From assembly GCA_043228905.1 (NCBI GenBank), contig JBHGNT010000012.1:10044001-10108000 (forward strand): a DNA stretch of 64,000 bases, written 5' to 3'. The notes beneath the pieces are model-generated. The model did no database searches. It saw only the letters and a program-made list of their open reading frames with translations, and was not told the origin of the DNA. Source of the stretch: Azolla caroliniana. Lineage: Eukaryota > Plantae > Polypodiophyta. Numbering within the stretch: the first letter of the stretch is position 1; each line of letters begins with the position of its first letter. A program made the translations under genes and the position numbers. This document shows, piece by piece, positions 1 through 9,374 of this stretch.

Positions 1-1289
1 ATACAGGGATAACCCAGTATTACATTGGTGGTACAAAGATTCATTACATGGAAGTCTACCTCCTCTATATAAGTATCAATAGAAATTCCTAATGAATGAA
101 TCGCCCCATTGATGTATTGTAGTCTTCCATCAGCCAAGTGCACCGTGTAGGTGTGATCACTTACGGTGGGTTGGATTCCCCATATCTGAACCAAATGATC
201 ATTCACAAAATTGTGTGAGCTTCCCGAATCAAATAAAAATTGTACGGGAGATCCATTGATATACCCGTTTGCACGTAGTAAATCATTGGGACGCAATACA
301 TAGTGAGGGAAAGAACATTGACAATTAATTAAATGATGTGTATAGACTTGAAGGACATTAGGAATCTGACCTTTATGGTCTGCAGCTTTAGCTTTGTTGT
401 CGTGCTCTTTCCGTTGGAGCTTTCGACATTGATCTTTTCTATGACCCTTCTTTTTGCAGAATACACAAAATGAATGTTGTCGCTTACAATCGCAATCCAG
501 GAATTCGTTGGGTGTCTTGCGTTTCCCAACAAATTGCGATTGCTTAGTCCCGGGCGCTTCGTTGGGTTTGTTGTGGTCCTTCTTCGAAGTGCGTTGATAA
601 CGAAGAACTATTTCAACGGCCTCTTCGAAGGATTTTGGATCCTTATCGTGCACTATCCAGTGATAGTCCGAATTGGGGATGCCATTGACAAAACAAGCTA
701 TCAACCAATTGTCCCCTTCTAGACCTGATTTTTGGATTTGGGTTCTAGCATGGTGAACATAGTCTTCTAGCGAGGAAAATTTCCTGCTAGAGAGGTTCAT
801 TAAAGCTTGTGCTTGCTCGGTTCGAGAGGGATGTTGCAGAAATTGGCCCTTAAAAACCGTGACAAAATCTGTCCAGGTATCGGGCAATTTCCCCATAGTA
901 CGGAGCCCACGCCACCAGGCGGCGGCCTTACTACCGAGTTCTCGGCCGTTATATGCAATCTTCGTACTATCTGGCGTGGGGTAAAGCTCAAAATGAGACT
1001 CCCATCGTCCGAGCCATGTGCAGATTGCTTCTTCGGTTCTTTCCTTTTTGTCTCCCATAAATGATGGTTCACCTTGTCGCTCATCAGGTCTATTAGTCTC
1101 ACGTTGTAGAGTAATGACACGTGCCTCAAGAGCACTCTGAGATTGCCGAAGTTCGGTCATCTGTTGAGCGGTGAAACTAAGGTATTGGGTTATTTGTGCC
1201 AAATACATCTCAGTGGACATTTGTCCAGGAGGATTCCCTTGAGTTCCTTCCGCTTGAGCGGATGACATCGGGTCGTTAATTTGAGCCAT
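1..1289 (-). pseudogene. gag-pol: gag-protease of Gypsy A (frameshifted)
   Basis: ATG at 1289 (MAQINDPMSS). Homologous to ORF 12397..13539 (WESHFELY, AAAWWRGL, CVFCKKKGH knuckle, DSGS protease), but broken into short frames. Confidence 0.88.
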
Positions 1290-1392
1290 TAAAGATTATT
1301 TCTGGAAAAGAAATAGGATAAGGTCAGAGAGATGTTCATAACATCATGTCGTGATGTAAGCATATCATGGGCGAGCATTAATCGATATCATG

Positions 1393-1552
1393 ATCTCACG
1401 TCAATACCCCTCTAGACGTATGAGATGAGGTTCAAGATCAGGTTACTATGGTAACATAAAGGTGTTTTAAAAACCATGGGGGTGACAATTTAATGTCTTT
1501 CCCTGATCTCTATATCGATTTTTTCATGGTGGCTCCCCGAGGCTCAACCATG
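1393..1552 (-). promoter_or_regulatory. Conserved structured RNA element in Gypsy A 5' leader
   Basis: Sense-strand stems CATGGT/ACCATG, GAGATCAGG/CCTGATCTT, GACA/TGTC, ATGGT/ACCAT, and ATCTCA..CGTC/GACG.TGAGAT. Homologue in family D shows compensatory changes. Confidence 0.6.
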
Positions 1553-2965
1553 TATGTTCGCGTCATGAATAGTTTATACACGAAAAAAATGTTAACAATA
1601 AACTATGTTTCGGTGCCCACATATGTGGTTTCGGCTCTTTAAGTCCTATTACGAGGACCCCGAGGTGCACTTAGACCTTAAATCTAAACATGTGTTATAG
1701 TCATATGTATTAAGGATGTTGTATGGTCTTGGTCATATTTGAACTCGAGACCTCGAGAACAAATACATTAAAAACTTGATCCAAACAAGTAAGTTGCTCT
1801 TCTCGAATGCTTAATGTTTGATGCGTATAAGAGACATGTGAGGCAATTGATCATATATGTTTGTTTTTAAAAGAACATATATGTCAAGGGTCCTTATTTC
1901 GCCCTCATTTACCAAAACTATGTTGGTACATTACCTAACCTCAAGTCTCGTAATTACGATGGCATACGCCAAAGTGCAACCTAATGGTCAAGCCAAATGA
2001 GCCCTTGTTTCCTAGTAGGCTCACGTGGGCCATCACATGGTCACGTCATTACGAATGCCTCTCGTAAGAACGAGCTCATGGTGGCATCGTATCCATGTAA
2101 TGAGGGAGGGATGTTGGATACGTGCGTCATTGGAGCGACCTCACTTGAAGTGGGTCAAGCCCTACGTACTCAACATCATTATGGCTATAGGCGTTTCTTT
2201 ACGTAACGAAATCAAGGTCATCAACGGGGTTATCAACAATAAAAAATTGTTGAAAAAGGGATGGTGACAACGCCTATCTCACAAAAATGTGAGGACGGCC
2301 ACCAACATCCTTTTCCCGACAAGGACAACTTTCGATATAATCACGTAATAACGAATATACACATATGTTTACTTATCACATATATACGATCAAATACGTA
2401 TATACGTGACCACATATGCCTATATTAAACATATCGTTATATTAAATAGCCACAAATGATGTGATCGAGATACGTAATCGAGGTATATACGTCTACGCAC
2501 ACGAAACATCCACAAATAAGAGATCATCGTAATACGCAATTGAGGTATTGACCTCTTACGCATACAAGACCAACCGCATACTGTTTACAACAAATCAACA
2601 ACTCATATGCAAACGTAACATATGTTCGTGAACGTAATACGTAATTGAGGTATTAACCTCGTACGCATACGACACTCATCACATATTATTAATATGTCAA
2701 ATGAGATATTGACCTCGTGCACATATGTAAACGTTTTAGATAATTAATTAAAGACCACTACAACATCATTGACTTAATGAACAAAATGACATATAAACTA
2801 AACACATGATTAGATGGGAGAAGAGAGAATAGAAAAAAAAAAATTATGGAAAGAGTTATCGAAGTTCTTTGTTGATCGTTGTCTGGATCAAGGCCGACTG
2901 CACATCGATCGATCACCATCAATCAAACGACAAATGAAAAACAAAGAAACATTAGTACATAAATA

Positions 2966-2973
2966 TGATACCA
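2966..2973 (-). promoter_or_regulatory. Primer-binding site (tRNA-iMet type, degenerate)
   Basis: TGGTATCA 2 nt after the 5' LTR end. Only 8 nt match TGGTATCAGAGC. Confidence 0.7.
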
Positions 2974-2975
2974 AA

Positions 2976-3430
2976 TATTAGAGATCTAAGTACTAAAGTA
3001 AGCTTAAGATAAGGATAAACAAATGATAGATAGAAAGGAGAAAGAGAAAGAAGGGTGTCGATCCACCTGACCACCCCCGAGCGAAGGGATCGAGACGGAC
3101 TCGAGCCTCGATCGGCGTCCCATACCACCGTCGTGGCGTCGAGTCGTACCTGGTGCTAGCGCGCTCGCTACAAGAGTTGACCCACCACAAGAGCAGAGTC
3201 TTGATGTAGTCAAAAGATGATCAAATGAGGGTAGCTAGGCCTCTTATTTATAGCGATACCCAAGGCCCCCAGGCAAGTTCACACTTGACCTAATGGGTTG
3301 TCTCAATCCCGAGGATTAAAAGTAATCCTCCCCTTCTTTACACTCTCGTTTAACCCTCACACTTATCCACGTGTATAGAGTACTACGGTAAATTCTCACC
3401 ACGGGATATTAAATGGTCATGCCCGTAACA
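2976..3430 (-). repeat. 5' LTR of Gypsy A (455 bp, TGTTA...TAATA)
   Basis: Aligns end to end with 8920-9374 and, inverted, with 18521-18975. TATA (CTATAAATAA) on minus strand. Confidence 0.93.
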
Positions 3431-3717
3431 TTAGGTGTCCATGACCATAACGTGGACTTCTAACCACTAAAGTACAACCATCAAATACTCTTCAATTGAA
3501 AACAATCTTCGTTGGGACGAACATTTAATAGGAACCTTTGTTGGGGATGGTTGGACATTGGGACGAACATTTAATAGGAACCTTTGTTGGGGATAGTTGG
3601 TCGTTGTTGTTTGCTCAAATTAAAGTGTTATGGTTCTTGGTATTTGCAACCAACTTTCTATCTCAAATATATTGGGATTCGAAGCATCTTTAGAACTTGA
3701 TATAGACTCAATTTAGG

Positions 3718-3789
3718 TGTGATTGTTGGGATTCGAGCCTAGGTCTTCACAGCCATAACGTGGAATTCTAACAACTAAACTACAACCAC
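3718..3789 (-). pseudogene. tRNA-His pseudogene (anticodon mutated to ATG)
   Basis: 72-nt colinear match to plant cytosolic tRNA-His GTGGCTGTAGTTTAGTGG...CTCGAATCCCAGCAGCCACA, with many transitions. Confidence 0.85.
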
Positions 3790-4204
3790 CGAGTTTGTGT
3801 TGTTAAACTGGAACTAAGTCTTCACAACCGCAACATGGACTTGTAACCACTAAGTACTACCTTCCAATGTTGCATGCATAAATTCATAGCCAAGTCTCTA
3901 TAAAAGCATCCATAAATATGGAATTCCAATCACTAACACTTCACTTCCTATGTGGCATCAATAAATTCATGTACACAATCTACATGACATATGAGGGGAG
4001 TCTCCATAAATCCATGAAATGCTTTGCAATTGAAAACAATCTTAGCTGGGAGAAATATTTGAAAGGAACCTTTGTGAGGGATGGTTGGTCAGAGTTTTTT
4101 GCTCAAATTAAATTGTTACGGTTTTTGGTATTTGCAACCAATTTCCTATCTCAAATCCATTGGGATTCGAAGCATTTTACATGTTGATATAGACTCACTT
4201 TTGG

Positions 4205-4271
4205 TGTGGTTGCTGGGATTCGAGCCCAGGTTTCCACAACCACAACACGGAATTCTAACCACTAAACTACA
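4205..4271 (-). pseudogene. tRNA-His(GTG) pseudogene, 5' acceptor strand deleted
   Basis: Intact T arm CTGGGCTCGAATCCCAG and GTG anticodon; followed by encoded CCA (4202-4204). Confidence 0.85.
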
Positions 4272-4850
4272 TTGTGTTGTCAAATTGCAACAAAATTTTC
4301 ACAACTACAACATGGAGTTGTAACCACTAACTACTGCATTTCCATGATGAATGCAAAAATTCATAGCTACACTCTATATAACATATTAGGGATGTCTCCA
4401 TAAACGCATCCATAAATATGGAATTCTAATCACTTAGACTAGACTTCCATTACAGCGTGAATAAATTCATGTACACAATCTATATGACATATGAAGCAAG
4501 TCCTTATAAAGCCATGGACAAATACATGTGCACTTTCTATATGAAATATGAGCCAAGATTGCACTTGTGAAATTATTGTGCAATGTGGAAAATGAAAACT
4601 AATGATATGCCAAGCTCATTGTTTGTCGAGCTTAGGTCTCCATAACCCTAATGTGCACTTCTAACCACTAAAGTACAACCATCAAATGCTCTTTAATTGA
4701 AAACAAGCTTGGTTGGGACGAAAATTTGAAAGGAACCTTTGTTGGGGATGGTTGGTCGTACTTTCTTGCTCAAATTAAATTGTTATGGTTCCTATCTCAA
4801 ATCCATTGGGATTCGAAGCATTTTACAAGTTCATATAGACTCACTTTAGG

Positions 4851-4922
4851 GGTGGTTGTTGGGATTCGAACTGAGGTCTCCACAGCCACAACGTGAAATT
4901 TTAGACACTAAACTACAACCAT
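4851..4922 (-). pseudogene. tRNA-His(GTG) pseudogene
   Basis: 72-nt colinear match; GTG anticodon retained; D and T arms mutated. Confidence 0.82.
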
Positions 4923-5748
4923 GGAGTTTGTGTTGCCAAATTGGAACAAAGTCTTCACAACCACAACATGCAGTTGTAACCACGGAGTTGGTGTTGCCAA
5001 ATTGGAACAAAGTCTTCACAACCGCAACATATAGTTGTAACCACTAAGTACTGACTTCCCATGTTGCATGCATAAAGTCATAGCTACAGTCTATATAACA
5101 TATTAGGGAGTGTCGATAAAGGCATCCATAAATATGGAATTCTAATCACTAATATTTGACTTCCTATGTGGCGTGAATAAATTCATGTACACAATCTATA
5201 TGAGATATGACGCAAGTATCGATAAAGCCATGTACAAATACATGTGTACATTCTATATGAAATACGAGCCAAGATTGCACTTGTGAAATTATTGTGCAAT
5301 GTGGAAAATTAAAACTAATTATACTGCCTAATTCAAAATCTAACAGTTTACGCACGTGAATGTACATTGAATTTCGGGCCTCGAATGGGATTCATGTGCA
5401 AGTCTTGACCGCGAGGACCTTGAATTTTAACCATTGAGTCGAGTTTTTTGCTCAAATTAATTATTGTGGTTATTTCCATTTGCAAACACAAATCCATGTA
5501 CACATTCGATACGTAAGATGGGTCATGGCCCTCATGACCACTAAAGTACAACCATCAAATGCTTTTCAATTCAAAACAATCTTGGTTGGCAAGAATATTT
5601 GAAAGGAACCTTTGTTGGGGATGGTTGGTCGTAGTTTTTTGCTCAAATTAAATTGTTATTTATGGTTCTTGGTATTTGCAACCAACTTCCTATCTCAAAT
5701 CCATTGGGGTTCGAAGTATTTTACAAGTTCATATATACTCACTTTTGG

Positions 5749-5820
5749 TGTGGTTGTTGGGATTCGAGCGCAGGTCTCCATGGCCACAACGTGGAATTCT
5801 AACCACTAAACTACAACCAC
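5749..5820 (-). tRNA. tRNA-His: tRNA-His(GTG) best-preserved copy (probably pseudogene)
   Basis: GTGGTTGTAGTTTAGTGGTTAGAATTCCACGTTGTGGCCATGGAGACCTGCGCTCGAATCCCAACAACCACA+CCA. Acceptor stem pairs fully; mismatches in anticodon and T stems; no T-run terminator. Confidence 0.7.
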
Positions 5821-5939
5821 AGAGATTGTGTTGCCAAATTGGAACAAGTCTTGACAACCGCAACATGGAGATGTAACCACTAAGTACTGACTTCCCATGT
5901 TGCATGCATAAATTCATAGCTACACTCTATATAACATAT

Positions 5940-6447
5940 TGTGGTATTACCACGTATCCTATCTAAGGCCCCACTTAACCAAGGTCACAGGGGGGTCACA
6001 TTGACCACACCCAAATTAGGCCCCCAGCAAGCCCCCATAATTAGAAGAGCTAATAGGAGCGGGAAAATACCCACCACGCTAAGAGTAGCCTATAAGATGT
6101 AACATAGAACGTAATGGAAAGGGAGCTATTTTGAGAGCATTTCATATCTTAGTGGTGAAGATGGGCAAAGCAGCCCCAACTCACGACCCCAACAACACAC
6201 GCCACGATGCAGCACGACAACAACAACGGCAACACAAACTCCAGGAATCCAGAATTCCTACAACAAACTCAAGAACATCAGCCCACATCGTGAATCAGCC
6301 AACTAACCAAGCCATATTTTACAGTCCAACATTATTTTACAAGTTAACCATACTAACCAAGCCATGTTGTCATTCCTGTCAGCACGATCCGAGCCACAAC
6401 AGAATCTCCCGGACCCTCGTGTTCATCCAAAACCATTCTCCCGGACC
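5940..6447 (+). mobile_element. Truncated LTR-like insertion into the satellite
   Basis: Starts abruptly with TGTGG inside a satellite monomer; TATA-like CCTATAAGA near 6090. No second terminus or TSD seen. Confidence 0.45.
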
Positions 6448-6663
6448 CTCATGAAATAACCACTATGTTATCCTTGTATAAAAGAGGGCCATAAAATTTT
6501 TTAATTCTGTCTTTTCTTCGACCTACTGCTTGTATTGCACATTGATGTGCTTAACATTATTGCCGAGACACCAAAATTGACACCACTTAAAATGTCACTC
6601 TCTTTCTTAACACTGTTTTGAAACTTTATCAAGTGTGTATTGTTTTGATGACATCGACAACAT

Positions 6664-6744
6664 GACAATTTGTCCTAGTGGTCTAAGGCGTTGGATTTAG
6701 GCTCCAGTCCGATGAGGGTGTGGGTTCAAATCCCACAATTATCA
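6664..6744 (+). tRNA. tRNA-Leu: tRNA-Leu(TAG)-like copy (likely pseudogene)
   Basis: Colinear with plant tRNA-Leu GACAGTTTGGCCGAGTGGTCTAAGGCG..TTTAGGC..GTGGGTTCAAATCCCACAGCTGTCA. Long variable arm, intact T arm, acceptor mismatch. Confidence 0.75.
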
Positions 6745-6935
6745 TTAGAGAATTGAAAATATTTAGCATTACCAAACATTTAATGAAATAACTGCTACGT
6801 TATTCTTGTACAAAATAGGATGTTGGAAAACATTAAACACATTCCCTCTTAGATCTAGTGCTTGAATTGTTGCCCAACGAAAACTTCACTCTCTTATAAC
6901 TTTATCAAGTACTTTTTTTGATGTCGTCAACCCAT

Positions 6936-7016
6936 GAACAATGTGGTCCAAGGCATTGGATTTACGCTCCAATACAAAAGGGCATGGGTTCAAATCCCAC
7001 GGTGTGGATTTAAGCA
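6936..7016 (+). pseudogene. tRNA-Leu pseudogene (D-arm deletion, anticodon TAC)
   Basis: Retains AAGGCATTGGATTTACGCTCCAAT and GGGTTCAAATCCCAC. Confidence 0.75.
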
Positions 7017-7306
7017 ATCTAGCATTACCAAACTTCTCATGGAACAACTGTTATGTTATTCTTCTCCAAAACAAGTAAACATATTCTTTCTTTGACCTAG
7101 TGCTTGCATCACACATTGTTGCCCACCCACTTGTTATGTTATTCTTCTCCAAAACAAGTAAACATATTCTTTCTTTGACCTAGTGCTTGCATTACACATT
7201 GTTGCCCACCCACTGAAATTGACACCACTTCAAATATCACTCTCTTTGTTTACACTCTTATGCAATTTTATGAATGATGTACTTCTTTTGATGGCATCAC
7301 CTTAAT

Positions 7307-7386
7307 GACAATTTAACTGAGTGGTTTAAGGCATTGGATTTAGGCTCCAATCCGAGAGGGCGTGGGTTCAAATCGCATAGTTGTCA
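7307..7386 (+). tRNA. tRNA-Leu: tRNA-Leu(TAG)-like copy (likely pseudogene)
   Basis: 80 nt; acceptor GACAATT/AGTTGTC and anticodon stem TTGGA/TCCAA pair; D and T stems mutated. Confidence 0.72.
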
Positions 7387-7652
7387 TTAACGAATTGAAA
7401 AAAACTAGCATTACCAAACTTTTCATCAAATAACAACTATGCTAAACTTGTACAAAAGAGGGCCATAAAAAATTGTAAGCGTGTCATTTCTTCGACCTAA
7501 TACTTGCATAGCACATTGCACATTGATGTGTTGAACATTGTTGCCCATTGACCTAAATTGACACCACTTAATATATAACTCTCTTTTTTAACAGTATTTT
7601 GCAATTTTATAAATGGTGTATCTCTTTTGATGTCATCAATCATCAACACATT

Positions 7653-7732
7653 GACAATTTGCTCGAGTGGTCTATGGCTTTGGATTTAGGCTCCAATTCG
7701 AAAAGATGTGGGTTCAAATCCCACAACTGTCC
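7653..7732 (+). pseudogene. tRNA-Leu(TAG) pseudogene
   Basis: Colinear 80-nt match with TAG anticodon and intact T arm; variable arm decayed. Confidence 0.78.
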
Positions 7733-8052
7733 ATTAGTGAATTAAAAAAATCTAGCATTACAAAAAATTTATGACATAACTACTACGTTATTCTTGTACA
7801 AAATAGGGCGCCACAAAAATTTTAACACATTCCTTCTTGCATTATTCTTGTACAAAATAGGGTGCCACAAAAATTTAAACACATTCCTTCTTACATCTAG
7901 TGCGTGCATTGCACATTGATAAGCTTAACAATGTTGCACAATGACCTAAATTGACACCGCTGAAAATATCACTCTCTTTTTTAATACTCTTTTGCCACAT
8001 TATTTAAGTGTACACTTCCTTTTATATTATCAACCCATCGATAATTTGGTCG

Positions 8053-8229
8053 TTCGTGTTCGTGTTCCTTGTGAGGACCGCACATGGTCAGTCATGCCTG
8101 TTGGTATTCGTGTTCCAGTCTCTGGCGAGGACAGCACATGGTCGCTCACTTCAACTATTGTTCGTGTTCTGGATCTTGGCGAGGACCGACATGGTCGCTC
8201 ATGCCTGCTGTTGTTCATGTTCCAATTCC
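8053..8229. repeat. ~54-bp minisatellite, ~3.5 units
   Basis: GAGGAC(C/A)GCACATGGTC recurs near 8073, 8128 and 8181, each preceded by TTCGTGTTC. Confidence 0.8.
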
Positions 8230-8300
8230 CGTCCACCCCTACACTACGCTTTCGAAAAGGCATCCGTAAAGGCCAAGATAATGTCACTACACAACAAATC

Positions 8301-8673
8301 TGTTAAATACGTAGTTAGTGACGATTGAACCTGCAAACCTCACATCTACAAGATGTCATGTTCAACCATTTTTATATGAGCATGCATTTGTATATAATGG
8401 TTTAGTATTCTATAGTCTAGCATATAATACATATCAGAATCAGAATATTCTATTCAATAGTATATTCTAGAAATATTGTATGTCATATTCTAGACGAGTA
8501 TATTCTAGAGATATTCAATCTCGGAACATCTATAAATATTTGCAGCCTCCTTGGTCCCTTTCAAGGGATTCAACACCAGTCATTGACACATCAATCTAGT
8601 ATTCGCGTTTCCGCCTCATCTTTGTCTCCTTGATATTTATTTCTGTCTTCATGCCCTCATGTCGCTCACAACA
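8301..8673 (+). mobile_element. Possible Copia-type LTR remnant
   Basis: TGTT start, TATTCTAGA subrepeats, CTATAAATA near 8530, CAACA end. No TSD, PBS or partner LTR. Confidence 0.35.
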
Positions 8674-8919
8674 TCTAGAGTTCCTAGCCTTGTCACATCT
8701 AGCTCCAAGTTCATCTGTCGTTCATAGCGCCATCATATGTGCTTCGTCCTAGTCCGCGCTTGGTGTGTCCATGACAATACTGGACCATTTGGACCTTTCG
8801 AGATGAACACTGAAGAGTCTGACATCGAGGTTGCAAAGCCCATCTTATGCAACCGGGGCGTGATTTTAGAATTCCAAGTGAAGGGGGCTTGCTTCAGTCG
8901 GTAGAGTGTCGACTTGTTC

Positions 8920-9374
8920 TATTAGAGATCTAGGTACTAAAGTAAGCTTAAGATAAGGATAAAGTAATGATAGATAGAAAGGAGAAAGAGAAAGAAGGGT
9001 GCCGATCCACCCTCCCACCCCCGAGCGAAGGTATCGAAATGGACTCAAGCCTCGATCGGTGTCCCATACCACCGCCGTGGCGTCGAGTCGTACTTGGTGC
9101 TGATGCGCTCGCTACAAGAGTTGACCCACCACAAGAGCAGAGTCTCGATGTAGTCAAAAGATGATCAAATGAGGGTAGCTAGGCCTCTTATTTATAGCGA
9201 TACCCAAGGCCCCCAGGCAAGTTCACAATTGACCTAACAGGTTGTCTCAATCCCGAGGATTAAAAGTAATCGTCCCCTTCTTTACACTCTCGTTTAACCC
9301 TCACACTTATCCACATGTATAGAATACTACGGTAAATTCTCACCACGGGATATTAAATGGTCATGCCCGTAACA
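8920..9374 (-). repeat. 3' LTR of Gypsy B
   Basis: Matches 2976-3430; adjacent PPT. Confidence 0.93.

Larger units (their letters stand above)
1..3430 (-). mobile_element. Ty3/Gypsy LTR retrotransposon copy A (chromovirus family; 5' half, continues left of window)
   Basis: 5' LTR 2976-3430, PBS TGGTATCA at 2966-2973, ~1.7-kb leader, gag and protease (FLFDSGSSHNF). Near-identical to copies B and C, which carry an integrase chromodomain. Confidence 0.93.
3431..5939 (-). repeat. tRNA-His-derived tandem satellite, block 1 (full monomer ~0.9 kb; some monomers deleted)
   Basis: Recurrent blocks (GGAACCTTTGTTGGGGATGGTTGG; TCTCAAATCCATTGGGATTCGAAG; ATAAATATGGAATTCTAATCACTAA). tRNA copies start at 3718, 4205, 4851 and 5749. 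Confidence 0.92.
6448..8052 (+). repeat. Tandem array of tRNA-Leu(TAG)-derived units (~270-390 bp period)
   Basis: tRNA-Leu starts at 6664, 6936, 7307, 7653 and a 13-nt stub at 8040. Shared spacer motifs TAGCATTACCAAAC and AAATTGACACCACTT; internal duplications near 7049-7212 and 7788-7892. Confidence 0.9.

Noticed and set aside
1440-1512. Hammerhead ribozyme reading of the leader structure (GAAA next to a stem)
   Set aside because: No CUGANGA core, and the junction spacing does not fit.
3511-3600. Local tandem duplications (47 bp here; also 4925-5035, 7049-7212, 51731-51753)
   Set aside because: Typical slippage or repair duplications in decaying repeats, with no sign of function.
5749-5820. 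Apparent compensatory T5-A68 pair as evidence of a functional tRNA
   Set aside because: Both changes fall in CTG/CAG (CHG) methylation contexts and can arise by deamination; T and anticodon stems are broken.
3918-6454. Short ORFs in the satellite and the LTR-like fragment
   Set aside because: Not conserved in frame between monomers and no recognisable domains.
3431-8052. Repeat-spacer appearance suggestive of a CRISPR array
   Set aside because: Whole units including spacers are repeated, the repeats are tRNA-derived, the context is eukaryotic and there are no cas genes.
8285-8325. CACTACACAA, resembling a CACTA transposon terminus
   Set aside because: No matching inverted end, 3-bp TSD or transposase seen in the window.
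8301-8673. Solo LTR interpretation
   Set aside because: Flanks AAATC and TCTAG (or CCAGT for an 8575 end) do not form a TSD; kept only as a low-confidence remnant.
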